The position numbers and the translations under genes are program-made. The notes under the pieces are model-generated. The model did no database searches, was not told the DNA's origin, and saw nothing but the letters and a program-made list of their open reading frames with translations. 64,000 nucleotides of DNA from Escherichia coli (GTDB lineage: Bacteria > Pseudomonadota > Gammaproteobacteria > Enterobacterales > Enterobacteriaceae), in NCBI RefSeq assembly GCF_050920415.1, contig NZ_CP169309.1, one strand, 5' to 3'. Shown here one piece after another: positions 1 through 11,884 of this stretch. How positions within the stretch are numbered: position 1 is the stretch's first letter; each line of letters begins with the position of its first letter.

Positions 1-22
1 CCCAACCGTAGCGAATACGCAT
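1..22 (-). CDS. lsrD: AI-2 ABC transporter permease LsrD, first 7 codons only (gene continues off the left edge)
   Basis: Reverse complement of 1-22 reads ATG CGT ATT CGC TAC GGT TGG (MRIRYGW). The ATG shares one base with the lsrC stop (TAATG). Position after lsrC fits the lsrACDBFG operon order. Confidence 0.6.
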
Positions 23-1050
23 TACGCGGCCTCCCGTTTTTTACCTGACGAAGCGGGTTTAACGGATGGCGGTGGCATCATAAAGCGGGCATATTTTTGC
101 CGCCGCAGATTACGTTCCAGCGCACAACGCAGGCGTCCATCAAACACCAGCACCGCCAGCAGAACCAGGCCCGCGATAAAATCATTCCACCATGCCGGAA
201 TGCGCAACAGCACCAGTACACTATCGATCTGCGTCAGGAACCATGCGCCGAGTACCGCACCGATGATCGCACCGGAACCGCCGAGCAAACTAATACCGCC
301 CAGCACGCAGGCTGCAATCGCTTTCATCTCCAGCCCGGTACCGGTCTGGTTGGGAATAAAACCGATCTGCGAAGCAAACACAATCCCCGCCAGTGCCGCC
401 ATGCAGCCGTTCAACGAAAATGCCACAATCCTAATGGCTTCCGTACGAACGCCCAGTTGACGAGCGCCCTGCAAATTATCGCCCGTGGCATAAAAACTGC
501 GTCCAAACGCCGTCTTCGCCAGCAGCCAGGCCATAAATGCCACCAGAATTATCGTCAACCAACCAATTGCTGAAACGCCAAACAGCAGCGGGGCGGAGAG
601 TTGTTTCAGTTCGGCGGGTAACCCCTCAATCCATTTACCGCCAGTCCACAGCAACATGATGCCCCTGTACAATCCTAATGTACCGAGCGTGGCAACAATG
701 GCAGGGATCTTTAGCCACGCGACCAGGACACCGTTGAAAAATCCCGCGAGCAAACCAAGCAGTAAAGTCGCGACACAAGCAACAGGTAGTGAATACCCCG
801 CGTTCAGTAACATTCCCAACAGCACTGCGCACATTCCGGTAATCGAACCCACCGAAACATCGATATTGCGCGTGAGCATCACCAGCGTCGCGCCCATTGC
901 CAGCAGGATCAGGATTTGCGCGCTGCTATAAACCATGGTCAGCGTTTGCATACTTAAATACTGGCGGTCGAGAAAACCGGGTAATACAAACAGCAACACC
1001 ACCGCCAGCAGTGCCGTGATTTCACGGTTGTTCTGGATAAACTTCAGCAT
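22..1050 (-). CDS. lsrC: AI-2 ABC transporter permease LsrC
   Basis: 342-aa multi-pass hydrophobic ORF recognised as E. coli LsrC. Its start overlaps the lsrA stop and its stop overlaps the lsrD start. Confidence 0.95.
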   Translation of the reverse strand: MLKFIQNNREITALLAVVLLFVLPGFLDRQYLSMQTLTMVYSSAQILILLAMGATLVMLTRNIDVSVGSITGMCAVLLGMLLNAGYSLPVACVATLLLGLLAGFFNGVLVAWLKIPAIVATLGTLGLYRGIMLLWTGGKWIEGLPAELKQLSAPLLFGVSAIGWLTIILVAFMAWLLAKTAFGRSFYATGDNLQGARQLGVRTEAIRIVAFSLNGCMAALAGIVFASQIGFIPNQTGTGLEMKAIAACVLGGISLLGGSGAIIGAVLGAWFLTQIDSVLVLLRIPAWWNDFIAGLVLLAVLVFDGRLRCALERNLRRQKYARFMMPPPSVKPASSGKKREAA

Positions 1051-2579
1051 GATGCCTCCTGACGCTGACTATCGCCGAAGGCAACGCGCATAATGGTCTC
1101 GACATTAATATCGCGTCCGGTCAGTGCAGAGTGGGCAATTTCGCCCTGATGCATCACATATACGCGATCTGCCATCAGTTCGATCTCTTCCAGATCAGAG
1201 GAGATAAGCAGCACAGCCACATTTTGTGCGGCGATGCTGCGCAACAGCTGGTAGATATCATTACGGGCCGAGACATCCACGCCGCGCGTCGGCTCATCGA
1301 CAATCAAAACTTGCGGCGAAGCTTCCAGACATTTGGCAATCAGGATTTTTTGCTGGTTGCCGCCGGATAAGGTCCGCGCAGCTTGTTCCGGTTGGTTAAA
1401 TTTAATATTCAGAGCCCGACGATAACGTTCCAGTGTGGCGTTATCTTTCGCGGTTTTCGCCCAGAATCCACGAATGTTATGAGTAAGGGCGCAGACATTC
1501 CAGGCCAGCGAAGCATCGAGATTCAGTCCGGATGACTGGCGATCTTCCGGCAGATAAACCAGACCGCGCAGTAAACGTTCTCCAGTGGATAATCTATTGA
1601 TCTCTTTACCATTCAGCATAATGCGTCCGCCACGCAAAGTACGCAGACCATAGAGCGTCTCGGCCAGTTCTGTGCGTCCGGCCCCCACCAGCCCAGCCAG
1701 ACCCAGAATTTCTCCGGCATTAAGCGTCAAGCTGACATTCATAAAACCTTCGCCGGTCAGGTTTTCCAGTGTCAGCACCGGCGTTCCGGCGGCATGTTGT
1801 GGGCGGTTGCCAGGTAACTCCAGCCATAATTTTTGGCTGGCAGAGAGCGATTTTTGCCGTAGCGCTGGCGTGATGGCCTGAATAATGTCGTCGGTAGACA
1901 GTTCGCTGGTTTTGCCGCTTAAGGCGATGGTTCCGTCGCGCATCACGCTAATTCGATCGGCAATCTGGCGAATTTCCGGCAGCTTATGCGAGATAAAAAC
2001 AATACCCACGCCAGTAGCAAGCAACTCTTGCAAGCGACTAAACAAACGTTCGGTTTCGGCAGGGGTAAGCGAGGCGGTAGGTTCATCGAGGATCAGAATC
2101 CGCGAGTCGCGCATCAGCCCGCGGAGGATTTCCACCATTTGGCGATCGGCGACATCCAGCGATCCTGCCAGACTATGCAGATCAAACTGGCAGCCCAGCG
2201 CCGCCAGCAAGTTCTTCAGTTTCTGCATGGAGAGCTGTTTTTTTGCCAGCCCAAACAGAATGTTTTCTTTTATCGACAGGCTTGGGAAAAGCAGCGGTTC
2301 CTGGGGAACGAGATAAATACCCAACTGATGAGCATGAACTGGCGTTAATCTGGTGTAGTTGTTGCCCCCAATCTCCAGCGTACCACTATCAGCAGGGGTA
2401 ATACCGGCAATGATCTTCATTAACGTCGACTTACCGGCACCATTGCCGCCAAGCAGGGCGTGGACTTCCCCCTGATGCAACGTAAAATCGATGCCTTTCA
2501 GGACATTAACCCCTGAATACTGTTTATAAACCGAGCGGGCGCAAAGTAGCGGTAACGCGCGGGTATCACTCGTTAGCAT
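1044..2579 (-). CDS. lsrA: AI-2 ABC transporter ATP-binding protein LsrA (duplicated ABC ATPase)
   Basis: The ORF track gives 1044..2666. I place the start at ATG 2579 ([12 protein letters not shown]...), which gives the expected 511 aa. Two Walker A motifs ([18 protein letters not shown]) and two LSGG signature motifs are present. Confidence 0.95.
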   Translation of the reverse strand: MLTSDTRALPLLCARSVYKQYSGVNVLKGIDFTLHQGEVHALLGGNGAGKSTLMKIIAGITPADSGTLEIGGNNYTRLTPVHAHQLGIYLVPQEPLLFPSLSIKENILFGLAKKQLSMQKLKNLLAALGCQFDLHSLAGSLDVADRQMVEILRGLMRDSRILILDEPTASLTPAETERLFSRLQELLATGVGIVFISHKLPEIRQIADRISVMRDGTIALSGKTSELSTDDIIQAITPALRQKSLSASQKLWLELPGNRPQHAAGTPVLTLENLTGEGFMNVSLTLNAGEILGLAGLVGAGRTELAETLYGLRTLRGGRIMLNGKEINRLSTGERLLRGLVYLPEDRQSSGLNLDASLAWNVCALTHNIRGFWAKTAKDNATLERYRRALNIKFNQPEQAARTLSGGNQQKILIAKCLEASPQVLIVDEPTRGVDVSARNDIYQLLRSIAAQNVAVLLISSDLEEIELMADRVYVMHQGEIAHSALTGRDINVETIMRVAFGDSQRQEASC

Positions 2580-2744
2580 GTTTCCCCCGTTCAGTTTTGC
2601 AGGTGAGTTTTGAACAAATGTATTTCTGCTTTCAATTTGTTCATAAACCTTAGGTGGACATTGCACATATTTCCGACGAACAGATCACAATTTATGCTAT
2701 TTTGATTTTCATGGTTGCGTTTGTTCATGCTCGTAGAGTCAAAC

Positions 2745-2760
2745 TGTGGTTGCTATCACA
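2745..2760. promoter_or_regulatory. Candidate cAMP-CRP site in the lsrA/lsrR divergent control region
   Basis: TGTGG-TTGCTA-TCACA matches TGTGA-N6-TCACA at 9 of 10 half-site positions. It lies in the 250-bp divergent intergenic region. The lsr operon is known to be CRP dependent. Confidence 0.5.
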
Positions 2761-2828
2761 GATATAAATGCGCAAGAACTGAACAATTGCATTAAAGATT
2801 TAAATATGTTCAAAGTGAAGAATGAATT

Positions 2829-3782
2829 ATGACAATCAACGATTCGGCAATTTCAGAACAGGGAATGTGTGAAGAAGAACAGGTCGCGCGGATCGCGTGG
2901 TTTTACTATCACGACGGGCTGACCCAGAGCGAGATCAGCGAGCGTCTCGGGCTGACTCGCTTGAAAGTGTCGCGATTACTGGAAAAAGGGCATCAGTCCG
3001 GCATTATTCGCGTGCAGATTAATTCTCGCTTTGAAGGCTGTCTGGAATATGAAACTCAATTACGTTGTCAGTTTTCGCTGCAACATGTCCGGGTGATCCC
3101 TGGGCTTGCGGATGCTGATGTCGGCGGGCGACTAGGGATAGGCGCGGCGCATATGTTGATGAGTTTACTTCAACCACAACAGATGCTGGCGATTGGTTTT
3201 GGCGAGGCAACCATGAATACGCTGCAACGCTTAAGTGGTTTTATTTCGTCGCAGCAAATTCGCCTGGTCACGCTCTCCGGTGGCGTCGGTTCTTATATGA
3301 CGGGTATCGGGCAGCTTAATGCGGCGTGCAGTGTGAATATTATTCCGGCTCCGCTGCGGGCATCCTCCGCTGACATTGCCCATACGCTAAAAAATGAAAA
3401 TTGCGTCAAAGATGTTCTGTTAGCCGCACAAGCTGCGGATGTGGCGATTGTCGGCATTGGGGCCGTGAGTCAACAAGACGACGCGACGATCATTCGCTCC
3501 GGTTACATCAGTCAGGGCGAACAGTTAATGATTGGCCGAAAAGGGGCGGTTGGCGACATTTTAGGCTACTTTTTTGATGCAAAAGGTGACGTTGTCACGG
3601 ATATTAAAATACATAACGAACTGATTGGCTTACCTTTAAACGCGCTGAAGACCATTCCCGTCCGGGTTGGCGTGGCAGGGGGAGATAATAAAGCCGAAGC
3701 CATTGCCGCTGCAATTAAAGGCGGCTATATCAACGCACTGGTTACCGATCAGGACACAGCAGCGGCGATTTTACGTAGTTAA
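2829..3782 (+). CDS. lsrR: LsrR, SorC-family repressor of the lsr operon
   Basis: 317-aa ORF recognised as LsrR, with an N-terminal HTH ([21 protein letters not shown]) and a sugar-phosphate binding domain. It is divergent from lsrA. Confidence 0.95.
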   Translation: MTINDSAISEQGMCEEEQVARIAWFYYHDGLTQSEISERLGLTRLKVSRLLEKGHQSGIIRVQINSRFEGCLEYETQLRCQFSLQHVRVIPGLADADVGGRLGIGAAHMLMSLLQPQQMLAIGFGEATMNTLQRLSGFISSQQIRLVTLSGGVGSYMTGIGQLNAACSVNIIPAPLRASSADIAHTLKNENCVKDVLLAAQAADVAIVGIGAVSQQDDATIIRSGYISQGEQLMIGRKGAVGDILGYFFDAKGDVVTDIKIHNELIGLPLNALKTIPVRVGVAGGDNKAEAIAAAIKGGYINALVTDQDTAAAILRS

Positions 3783-3860
3783 ATTTGCATGACCTTATTA
3801 CCGGGAATGATGGAGAACGTATAGAGGAACAGACAGAACGCATAAGCCGAGGATAATCTA

Positions 3861-5453
3861 ATGGCTCGACTCTTTACCCCTTCAGAATCAAAGTACTACC
3901 TGATGGCGCTGGATGCAGGCACCGGAAGTATTCGGGCTGTGATATTCGACCTGGAAGGCAATCAAATAGCAGTGGGACAGGCGGAGTGGCGGCATCTGGC
4001 AGTACCGGACGTTCCTGGTTCTATGGAATTTGATCTCAACAAAAACTGGCAACTGGCGTGTGAGTGTATGCGCCAGGCGCTGCACAACGCCGGCATAGCC
4101 CCGGAGTATATCGCTGCCGTTTCGGCATGTTCGATGCGCGAAAGCATTGTTTTATATAACAATGAAGGAACACCGATCTGGGCCTGCGCCAATGTGGATG
4201 CCAGAGCGGCGCGCGAAGTTAGCGAACTTAAAGAACTGCACAACAATACCTTTGAAAACGAAGTTTATCGCGCCACCGGACAAACGCTGGCTTTAAGCGC
4301 TATTCCCAGATTACTTTGGCTGGCGCACCATCGTTCTGATATCTACCGACAGGCGTCGACCATCACCATGATCAGCGACTGGCTGGCCTATATGCTCAGC
4401 GGTGAACTGGCGGTGGATCCCTCTAACGCTGGCACCACGGGACTTCTTGATCTAACCACCCGTGACTGGAAACCTGCATTGCTGGATATGGCCGGACTGC
4501 GGGCCGATATTCTTTCTCCTGTCAAAGAAACCGGCACATTGCTGGGCGTGGTAAGTTCACAAGCGGCGGAACTTTGCGGTCTGAAGGCGGGCACTCCGGT
4601 AGTCGTGGGAGGAGGCGACGTGCAACTTGGTTGCCTGGGGTTAGGCGTTGTCCGTCCGGCACAAACCGCTGTTCTTGGCGGTACATTCTGGCAGCAAGTT
4701 GTAAACTTAGCCGCGCCGGTGACAGACCCAGAAATGAACGTGCGCGTTAATCCTCATGTTATTCCTGGCATGGTACAAGCTGAATCTATAAGCTTTTTTA
4801 CCGGACTCACCATGCGCTGGTTCCGCGATGCTTTCTGTGCCGAAGAAAAACTGATTGCCGAACGTTTAGGCATCGACACCTATACGTTGCTTGAAGAGAT
4901 GGCAAGTCGTGTGCCGCCTGGGTCGTGGGGCGTAATGCCGATATTCTCCGACAGAATGCGCTTTAAAACCTGGTATCACGCTGCGCCTTCCTTTATTAAT
5001 TTGTCTATTGACCCGGATAAATGTAACAAAGCGACATTGTTCCGTGCGCTGGAAGAAAATGCGGCGATTGTATCAGCGTGTAACTTGCAGCAAATCGCTG
5101 ATTTCTCGAATATTCATCCTTCATCGTTAGTCTTTGCAGGCGGAGGTTCAAAAGGGAAATTATGGAGTCAAATTCTCGCTGATGTCTCGGGATTACCCGT
5201 CAATATTCCGGTGGTCAAAGAAGCCACCGCATTAGGATGTGCCATTGCAGCTGGCGTCGGTGCCGGAATTTTTTCATCAATGGCAGAAACCGGAGAACGC
5301 CTGGTTCGCTGGGAACGGACGCACACACCAGACCCGGAAAAGCATGAACTTTATCAGGATTCACGCGATAAGTGGCAGGCAGTTTATCAGGATCAGCTGG
5401 GGCTGGTTGATCATGGACTGACGACGTCGTTATGGAAAGCGCCTGGGTTATAG
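3861..5453 (+). CDS. lsrK: Autoinducer-2 kinase LsrK (FGGY carbohydrate kinase family)
   Basis: 530-aa ORF recognised as LsrK, located downstream of lsrR. Confidence 0.95.
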   Translation: MARLFTPSESKYYLMALDAGTGSIRAVIFDLEGNQIAVGQAEWRHLAVPDVPGSMEFDLNKNWQLACECMRQALHNAGIAPEYIAAVSACSMRESIVLYNNEGTPIWACANVDARAAREVSELKELHNNTFENEVYRATGQTLALSAIPRLLWLAHHRSDIYRQASTITMISDWLAYMLSGELAVDPSNAGTTGLLDLTTRDWKPALLDMAGLRADILSPVKETGTLLGVVSSQAAELCGLKAGTPVVVGGGDVQLGCLGLGVVRPAQTAVLGGTFWQQVVNLAAPVTDPEMNVRVNPHVIPGMVQAESISFFTGLTMRWFRDAFCAEEKLIAERLGIDTYTLLEEMASRVPPGSWGVMPIFSDRMRFKTWYHAAPSFINLSIDPDKCNKATLFRALEENAAIVSACNLQQIADFSNIHPSSLVFAGGGSKGKLWSQILADVSGLPVNIPVVKEATALGCAIAAGVGAGIFSSMAETGERLVRWERTHTPDPEKHELYQDSRDKWQAVYQDQLGLVDHGLTTSLWKAPGL

Positions 5454-5461
5454 TTTCATTG

Positions 5462-5497
5462 ACAGCCACATCATGATGACTGTGGCTGTTAGTTTTT
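5462..5497 (+). terminator. Rho-independent terminator after lsrK
   Basis: Perfect 9-bp stem acagccaca/tgtggctgt with a 10-nt loop, followed by tagttttt. Confidence 0.7.
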
Positions 5498-5982
5498 GAG
5501 TATTGGTATTCTTATTTCCCTTCTTTAGAGCTGGCTTGTTAAATGCCAGCTTGCAGATTCATCGTTCCATCACCAGTACTATATTCAAGGGAAAATTGCT
5601 ATTTTTCTTAAAGCATTAAGCATAACCCTTATTTTATAGCGAATATTCTTAAAGGCATTAATGGATGAAAAAGTGTTTTAATAAACTTCTGTTTTTAGCA
5701 ATTAGTGCTATTCTTTGTTAAATATGATGATGATAATCTTCTTATTGAAAGAAACAGTTTTCTTATTAAGCAACAATAACTCATGGTTCATTTTTAAATA
5801 AAATAAGAACTATGCAATTTTTAATCTATCGATTCGAAAGTATTAGCAAATTAGCCAAATTGACACCTTCCCACCTCCAACCAACACTCAATACAGACCT
5901 CTGACAACTTAATAAGTTTCATTTTTAACGTCTGATGGCTCATCTCTTTCGTGGCTGTATTGTTTGTATATGGAGCGTTTAT

Positions 5983-8900
5983 ATGAATAGAATCTATCGC
6001 GTGATATGGAATTGCACCCTACAGGTATTTCAGGCCTGCTCGGAATTAACTCGCAGGGTAGGTAAAACATCAACGGTTAATTTGCGTAAATCCTCTGGAT
6101 TGACAACGAAATTCAGTAGATTGACGCTGGGTGTTTTGCTGGCACTAAGCGGTTCAGCGTCTGGTGCGAGTCTGGAAGTTGATAATGGTCAGATTACCAA
6201 TATTAATACTGATGTTGCTTACGATGCCTACCTGGTTGGTTGGTATGGCACTGGAGTGCTTAATATTTTGGCTGGCGGTAATGCCTCCTTAACCACTATT
6301 ACTACCAGCGTCATTGGTGGTAATGAGGACTCAGAGGGCACCGTTAACGTTTTGGGTGGCACCTGGCGATTGTATGATAGCGGAAATAATGCAAGGCCTT
6401 TAAATGTGGGTCAATCCGGAACGGGAACGCTGAATATTAAACAGAAGGGTCACGTTGACGGAGGATATTTAAGGATAGGTTCTTCGACAGGAGGCGTCGG
6501 GACGGTCAATGTTGAAGGAGAGGACTCGGTTCTGACGACCGAATTATTCGAAATAGGGAGTTACGGTACAGGCTCATTAAATATTACGGATAAGGGTTAC
6601 GTCACGAGTTCAATAGTCGCCATTGTAGGATATCAGGCGAACAGTAATGGTAAGCTTGTCGTTGAAAAGGGTGGCGAGTGGCTAATAAAAAATAATGATT
6701 CCTCAATTGAATTTCAAATTGGTAATCAAGGGACGGGCGAAGCAACTATTCGCGATGGGGGGCTAATTACGGCTGAAAATACGATTATCGGTGGCAACCT
6801 CACCGGTATCGGAACCCTGAATGTGCAGGATCAAGACTCTGTCATCACGGTACGCAGACTCTATAATGGATATTTCGGTAATGGCACAGTCAACATTGCC
6901 AATAATGGACTGATTAATAATAAAGAATATTCATTGGTGGGCGTTCAGGACGGGTCCCACGGTGTCGTCAACGTGACCAATAAAGGGCATTGGAATTTCC
7001 TCGGAACGGGCGAAGCTTTCCGCTATATCTATATCGGTGATGCTGGCGACGGTGAACTTAATGTCTCGAGTGAAGGCAAAGTAGATTCGGGAATTATCAC
7101 TGCGGGGATGAAAGAAACAGGCACAGGCAACATTACTGTTAAGGATAAGAACTCCGTTATCACTAATCTCGGAACTAATCTTGGTTATGACGGCCACGGC
7201 GAAATGAATATCAGTAATGAGGGGCTTGTTGTCAGCAACGGAGGAAGCTCACTCGGTTATGGAGAAACCGGCGTCGGGAAGGTTAGCATCACCACGGGGG
7301 GGATGTGGGAGGTCAATAAGAATGTCTATACCACTATTGGTGTTGCGGGCGTCGGAAACCTCAATATCAGCGATGGCGGTAAGTTCGTATCGCAAAATAT
7401 TACTTTTTTGGGCGATAAAGCAAGCGGTATCGGCACACTGAACCTGATGGATGCGACATCATCGTTCGATACTGTAGGTATCAATGTCGGTAATTTTGGT
7501 AGCGGCATCGTAAATGTCAGTAATGGTGCAACCCTTAATTCAACGGGCTATGGATTTATCGGAGGAAATGCCTCCGGTAAGGGGATAGTTAATATTTCAA
7601 CGGATAGTCTCTGGAATTTAAAAACGTCATCTACTAACGCCCAATTGCTACAGGTCGGTGTATTAGGCACGGGTGAACTGAATATTACCACCGGAGGTAT
7701 AGTTAAAGCGCGTGATACACAGATAGCTCTCAATGACAAAAGTAAGGGCGACGTGCGGGTGGATGGGCAGAACTCTCTTCTTGAAACATTCAATATGAAC
7801 GTAGGGACGACTGGCACAGGTACGTTAACCCTGACGAATAACGGCACGCTGAATGTCGAAGGTGGAGAAGTTTACTTAGGTGTTTTTGAGCCTGCTGTAG
7901 GAACGCTAAACATTGGTGCTGCTCATGGTGAGGTGGCGGCAGATGCCGGGTTTATCACCAATGCGACGAAAGTGGAGTTGGGTCTTGGCGAAGGCGTTTT
8001 TGTCTTTAATCATACCAATAACAGTGATGCCGGCTACCAGGTCGATATGCTGATTACGGGTGACGATAAAGACGGAAAAGTGATGCATGATGCAGGCCAT
8101 ACGGTGTTCAATGCAGGGAATACTTATAGCGGTAAAACGCTGGTCAATGACGGCCTCCTGACTATTGCGTCACATACGGCAGATGGGGTAACAGGCATGG
8201 GTTCGAGTGAAGTAACCATTGCAAGCCCCGGTACGCTCGACATTCTCGCATCAACGAACAGCGCAGGAGATTACACGCTGACCAATGCGCTCAAAGGCGA
8301 TGGCTTGATGCAAGTGCAGCTGTCATCCTCCGACAAAATGTTTGGCTTTACCCATGCAACAGGAACTGAATTCGCCGGTGTTGCCCAACTGAAAGACAGT
8401 ACCTTTACACTGGAACGCGACAACACCGCTGCGCTTACTCACGCGATGCTTCAGTCTGACAGTGAAAATACCACATCGGTAAAAGTGGGAGAGCAATCCA
8501 TTGGTGGACTAGCCATGAATGGCGGTACGCTCACTTTCGATACGGATATACCTGCTGCGACGCTTGCGGAGGGATATATCAGCGTCGATACACTGGTTGT
8601 CGGCGCGGGTGACTACACCTGGAAAGGCCGTAACTATCAGGTAAACGGGACGGGCGACGTGCTTATCGACGTGCCTAAACCGTGGAATGATCCCATGGCG
8701 AATAACCCTCTGACTACGCTCAATTTGCTGGAACACGATGATAGCCATGTCGGCGTTCAACTGGTGAAGGCGCAAACGGTTATTGGGTCGGGTGGCTCAT
8801 TAACGTTACGTGATTTACAGGGCGACGAGGTGGAAGCGGACAAAACGTTACACATTGCACAAAACGGAACAGTGGTCGCCGAGGGTGATTATGGATTCCG

Positions 8901-11403
8901 ACTCACGACCGCACCTGGTGATGGTTTGTATGTTAACTATGGGCTGAAAGCGCTGAACATCCATGGTGGGCAAAAGCTGACGTTAGCCGAACATGGCGGA
9001 GCCTATGGCGCAACGGCCGATATGTCGGCAAAAATCGGTGGTGAAGGGGATCTGGCAATCAATACGGTGCGACAGGTTTCGCTTTCCAACGGTCAGAACG
9101 ACTATCAGGGGGCAACCTATGTTCAGATGGGGACATTACGTACCGATGCGGATGGCGCGCTGGGCAATACTCGGGAACTGAACATCAGCAACGCGGCCAT
9201 CGTCGATCTTAATGGATCGGAGCAGACGGTAGAGACATTCACCGGGCTGATGGGTTCGACTATTTTGTTCAAAGAAGGTTCGCTGACGGTGAATAAAGGT
9301 GGGATCAGTCAGGGCGAACTGACAGGTGGCGGAAACCTGAATGTTTCAGGGGGAACACTGGCTATCGAGGGGCTTAATGCACGCTACAATGCGTTAACCA
9401 GCATTAGCCCAAATGCGGAAGTCAGCCTCGACAATACGCAGGGGTTAGGCAGAGGAAATATTGCCAATGACGGTCTGTTAACGCTAAAAAACGTGACCGG
9501 CGAACTGCGCAATAGCATAAGCGGTAAAGGTATCGTGAGCGCAACCGCCAGCACAGACGTAGAGCTGGATGGCGATAATAGCCGCTTTGTGGGGCAATTC
9601 AACATCGATGCAGGCAGCGCGCTCAGCGTCAACGAGCAGAAAAACCTGGGTGATGCTTCCGTTATCAATAATGGCCTGCTCACCATCGCCACTGAGCGTA
9701 GCTGGGCGATGACGCACAGTATCACCGGTAGCGGCGATGTGACAAAACTGGGGACCGGGATCCTGACTCTTAACAACGATTCCGCGGCGTATCAGGGTAC
9801 GACGGATATCGTGGGTGGTGAAATTGCTTTCGGTTCCGACTCTGCCATTAATATGGCAAGTCAGCACATTAATATCCATAACAGCGGTGTGATGTCGGGA
9901 AATGTCACCACTGCAGGTGATGTGAACGTTATGCCTGGGGGGACACTGCGTGTCGCCAAAACCACTATCGGCGGCAATCTGGAGAATGGTGGCACGGTTC
10001 AAATGAATAGCGAAGGGGGGAAACCGGGGAATGTACTGACCGTTAACGGCAACTATACCGGAAACAATGGCCTGATGACGTTCAACGCGACGCTGGGCGG
10101 CGATAATTCACCCACGGATAAAATGAACGTGAAAGGCGATACCCAAGGGAACACTCGCGTTCGGGTTGATAACATTGGCGGCGTCGGTGCACAAACGGTC
10201 AACGGTATTGAACTCATTGAGGTTGGCGGTAATTCTGCAGGTAACTTCGCGCTGACCACCGGAACTGTCGAAGCTGGGGCTTACGTCTACACGCTGGCTA
10301 AAGGGAAGGGGAATGACGCGAAAAACTGGTATCTCACCAGTAAATGGGACGGCGTAACGCCGCCGGATACTCCTGACCCCATTGATAATCCACCTGTTGT
10401 GGATCCGGAAGGCCCATCAGTGGTTCGTCCGGAAGCCGGGAGCTATATCAGCAACATAGCCGCAGCCAATACGCTGTTTAGCCATCGATTACACGATCGC
10501 CTTGGGGAGCCGCAATACACAGAGTCCCTGCGAGTTCAGGATTCGGCAACCAGTATGTGGATGCGACATGTCGGGGGGCATGAACGTTCCAGTGCCGGAG
10601 ACGGTCAGTTAAAAACGCAGGCCAACCGCTATGTATTGCAGTTAGGCGGCGATTTGGCGCAGTGGAGTAGCAACGCGCAGGATCGCTGGCATCTCGGCGT
10701 CATGGCTGGCTATGCCAATCAGCACAGTAATACACAGAGTAACCGTGTGGGTTATAAATCAGATGGGAGCATCAGCGGTTACAGCGCAGGACTGTACGCG
10801 ACCTGGTATCAGAACGCTGCGAATAAGACCGGCGCTTATGTTGACAGCTGGGCGCTGTATAACTGGTTTGATAACAGCGTCAGTTCCGATAACCGTTCTG
10901 CTGACGACTATGATTCTCGCGGTGTGACGGCCTCTGTTGAGGGTGGATATACCTTTGAAGCGGGAACATTTAGCGGCAGCGAAGGGACGCTGAATACCTG
11001 GTACGTCCAGCCACAGGTGCAAATCACCTGGATGGGTGTGAAAGATTCTGACCATACCCGGAAAGACGGAACACGCATTGAAACGGAAGGTGACGGAAAC
11101 GTGCAAACGCGACTTGGGGTGAAAACCTACTTGAACAGTCATCACCAGCGCGACAATGGTAAACAGCGTGAGTTCCAGCCTTACATTGAAGCGAACTGGA
11201 TCAACAACAGCAAAGTCTACGCCGTGAAGATGAATGGTCAAACCGTAAGCCGTGATGGTGCGCGTAATCTCGGTGAAGTACGTACCGGGGTTGAGGCGAA
11301 AGTAAATAACAACCTTAGCCTGTGGGGGAATGTTGGTGTGCAACTAGGTGATAAAGGCTATAGCGATACTCAGGGCATGCTGGGTGTGAAATATAGCTGG
11401 TAA
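5983..11403 (+). CDS. yneO: AIDA-I/Ag43-type autotransporter adhesin, apparently intact
   Basis: A single 1822-codon open frame. I start it at ATG 5983 because MNRIYRVIWNCTLQVFQACSELTRR is the extended signal peptide region typical of autotransporters. The passenger is a long Gly/Asn/Thr-rich beta-helix with repeats of the form G-x-G-x-LNI. A Pro-rich linker (PPDTPDPIDNPPVVDPEGP) precedes a C-terminal beta-barrel ending ...GMLGVKYSW. Confidence 0.85.
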   Translation: MNRIYRVIWNCTLQVFQACSELTRRVGKTSTVNLRKSSGLTTKFSRLTLGVLLALSGSASGASLEVDNGQITNINTDVAYDAYLVGWYGTGVLNILAGGNASLTTITTSVIGGNEDSEGTVNVLGGTWRLYDSGNNARPLNVGQSGTGTLNIKQKGHVDGGYLRIGSSTGGVGTVNVEGEDSVLTTELFEIGSYGTGSLNITDKGYVTSSIVAIVGYQANSNGKLVVEKGGEWLIKNNDSSIEFQIGNQGTGEATIRDGGLITAENTIIGGNLTGIGTLNVQDQDSVITVRRLYNGYFGNGTVNIANNGLINNKEYSLVGVQDGSHGVVNVTNKGHWNFLGTGEAFRYIYIGDAGDGELNVSSEGKVDSGIITAGMKETGTGNITVKDKNSVITNLGTNLGYDGHGEMNISNEGLVVSNGGSSLGYGETGVGKVSITTGGMWEVNKNVYTTIGVAGVGNLNISDGGKFVSQNITFLGDKASGIGTLNLMDATSSFDTVGINVGNFGSGIVNVSNGATLNSTGYGFIGGNASGKGIVNISTDSLWNLKTSSTNAQLLQVGVLGTGELNITTGGIVKARDTQIALNDKSKGDVRVDGQNSLLETFNMNVGTTGTGTLTLTNNGTLNVEGGEVYLGVFEPAVGTLNIGAAHGEVAADAGFITNATKVELGLGEGVFVFNHTNNSDAGYQVDMLITGDDKDGKVMHDAGHTVFNAGNTYSGKTLVNDGLLTIASHTADGVTGMGSSEVTIASPGTLDILASTNSAGDYTLTNALKGDGLMQVQLSSSDKMFGFTHATGTEFAGVAQLKDSTFTLERDNTAALTHAMLQSDSENTTSVKVGEQSIGGLAMNGGTLTFDTDIPAATLAEGYISVDTLVVGAGDYTWKGRNYQVNGTGDVLIDVPKPWNDPMANNPLTTLNLLEHDDSHVGVQLVKAQTVIGSGGSLTLRDLQGDEVEADKTLHIAQNGTVVAEGDYGFRLTTAPGDGLYVNYGLKALNIHGGQKLTLAEHGGAYGATADMSAKIGGEGDLAINTVRQVSLSNGQNDYQGATYVQMGTLRTDADGALGNTRELNISNAAIVDLNGSEQTVETFTGLMGSTILFKEGSLTVNKGGISQGELTGGGNLNVSGGTLAIEGLNARYNALTSISPNAEVSLDNTQGLGRGNIANDGLLTLKNVTGELRNSISGKGIVSATASTDVELDGDNSRFVGQFNIDAGSALSVNEQKNLGDASVINNGLLTIATERSWAMTHSITGSGDVTKLGTGILTLNNDSAAYQGTTDIVGGEIAFGSDSAINMASQHINIHNSGVMSGNVTTAGDVNVMPGGTLRVAKTTIGGNLENGGTVQMNSEGGKPGNVLTVNGNYTGNNGLMTFNATLGGDNSPTDKMNVKGDTQGNTRVRVDNIGGVGAQTVNGIELIEVGGNSAGNFALTTGTVEAGAYVYTLAKGKGNDAKNWYLTSKWDGVTPPDTPDPIDNPPVVDPEGPSVVRPEAGSYISNIAAANTLFSHRLHDRLGEPQYTESLRVQDSATSMWMRHVGGHERSSAGDGQLKTQANRYVLQLGGDLAQWSSNAQDRWHLGVMAGYANQHSNTQSNRVGYKSDGSISGYSAGLYATWYQNAANKTGAYVDSWALYNWFDNSVSSDNRSADDYDSRGVTASVEGGYTFEAGTFSGSEGTLNTWYVQPQVQITWMGVKDSDHTRKDGTRIETEGDGNVQTRLGVKTYLNSHHQRDNGKQREFQPYIEANWINNSKVYAVKMNGQTVSRDGARNLGEVRTGVEAKVNNNLSLWGNVGVQLGDKGYSDTQGMLGVKYSW

Positions 11404-11411
11404 ACCGTATA

Positions 11412-11439
11412 AGCCGCATGTCGAAGATGGCATGCGGCT
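11412..11439 (+). terminator. Hairpin after yneO (probable terminator)
   Basis: 9-bp stem agccgcatg/catgcggct with a 10-nt loop, 9 nt after the stop codon. The U-tract is weak. Confidence 0.5.
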
Positions 11440-11482
11440 GCTTAATATTGCCGACTTCAAACGACTTTTAAATCCTCCTTTT

Positions 11483-11596
11483 TATCCGCGATCGCGGATA
11501 TCACAGTGTTTATCCCGTAGAGCGGATAAGATGTGTTTCCTGATTGACTTTATCCCCACTAAAGGATAAAACTGATAATATCCCCTTGAGCGGATA
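11483..11596. promoter_or_regulatory. hipBA promoter with four HipB operators (TATCC-N8-GGATA)
   Basis: Four exact TATCC-N8-GGATA palindromes at 11483-11500, 11511-11528, 11551-11568 and 11579-11596. This is the established HipB operator architecture. Confidence 0.9.
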
Positions 11597-11617
11597 AATA
11601 TGCTGTGGACGTATGAC

Positions 11618-11884
11618 ATGATGAGCTTTCAGAAGATCTATAGCCCAACGCAATTAGCGAATGCAATGAAACTGGTTCGTCAGCAAAATGGCTGGACGCA
11701 GAGCGAGCTGGCGAAAAAAATCGGTATTAAGCAGGCGACAATTTCCAATTTCGAAAACAATCCTGACAATACCACGCTCACGACATTTTTTAAGATTTTA
11801 CAGTCGCTTGAACTCTCAATGACGCTATGCGACACGAAAAATGCCTCGCCAGAATCAACAGAACAGCAAGATCTGGAGTGGTAA
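11618..11884 (+). CDS. hipB: HipB antitoxin (Xre-type HTH)
   Basis: 88 aa starting MMSFQKIYSPTQLANAMK, recognised as HipB. The stop overlaps the hipA ATG (TAATG). Confidence 0.95.
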   Translation: MMSFQKIYSPTQLANAMKLVRQQNGWTQSELAKKIGIKQATISNFENNPDNTTLTTFFKILQSLELSMTLCDTKNASPESTEQQDLEW

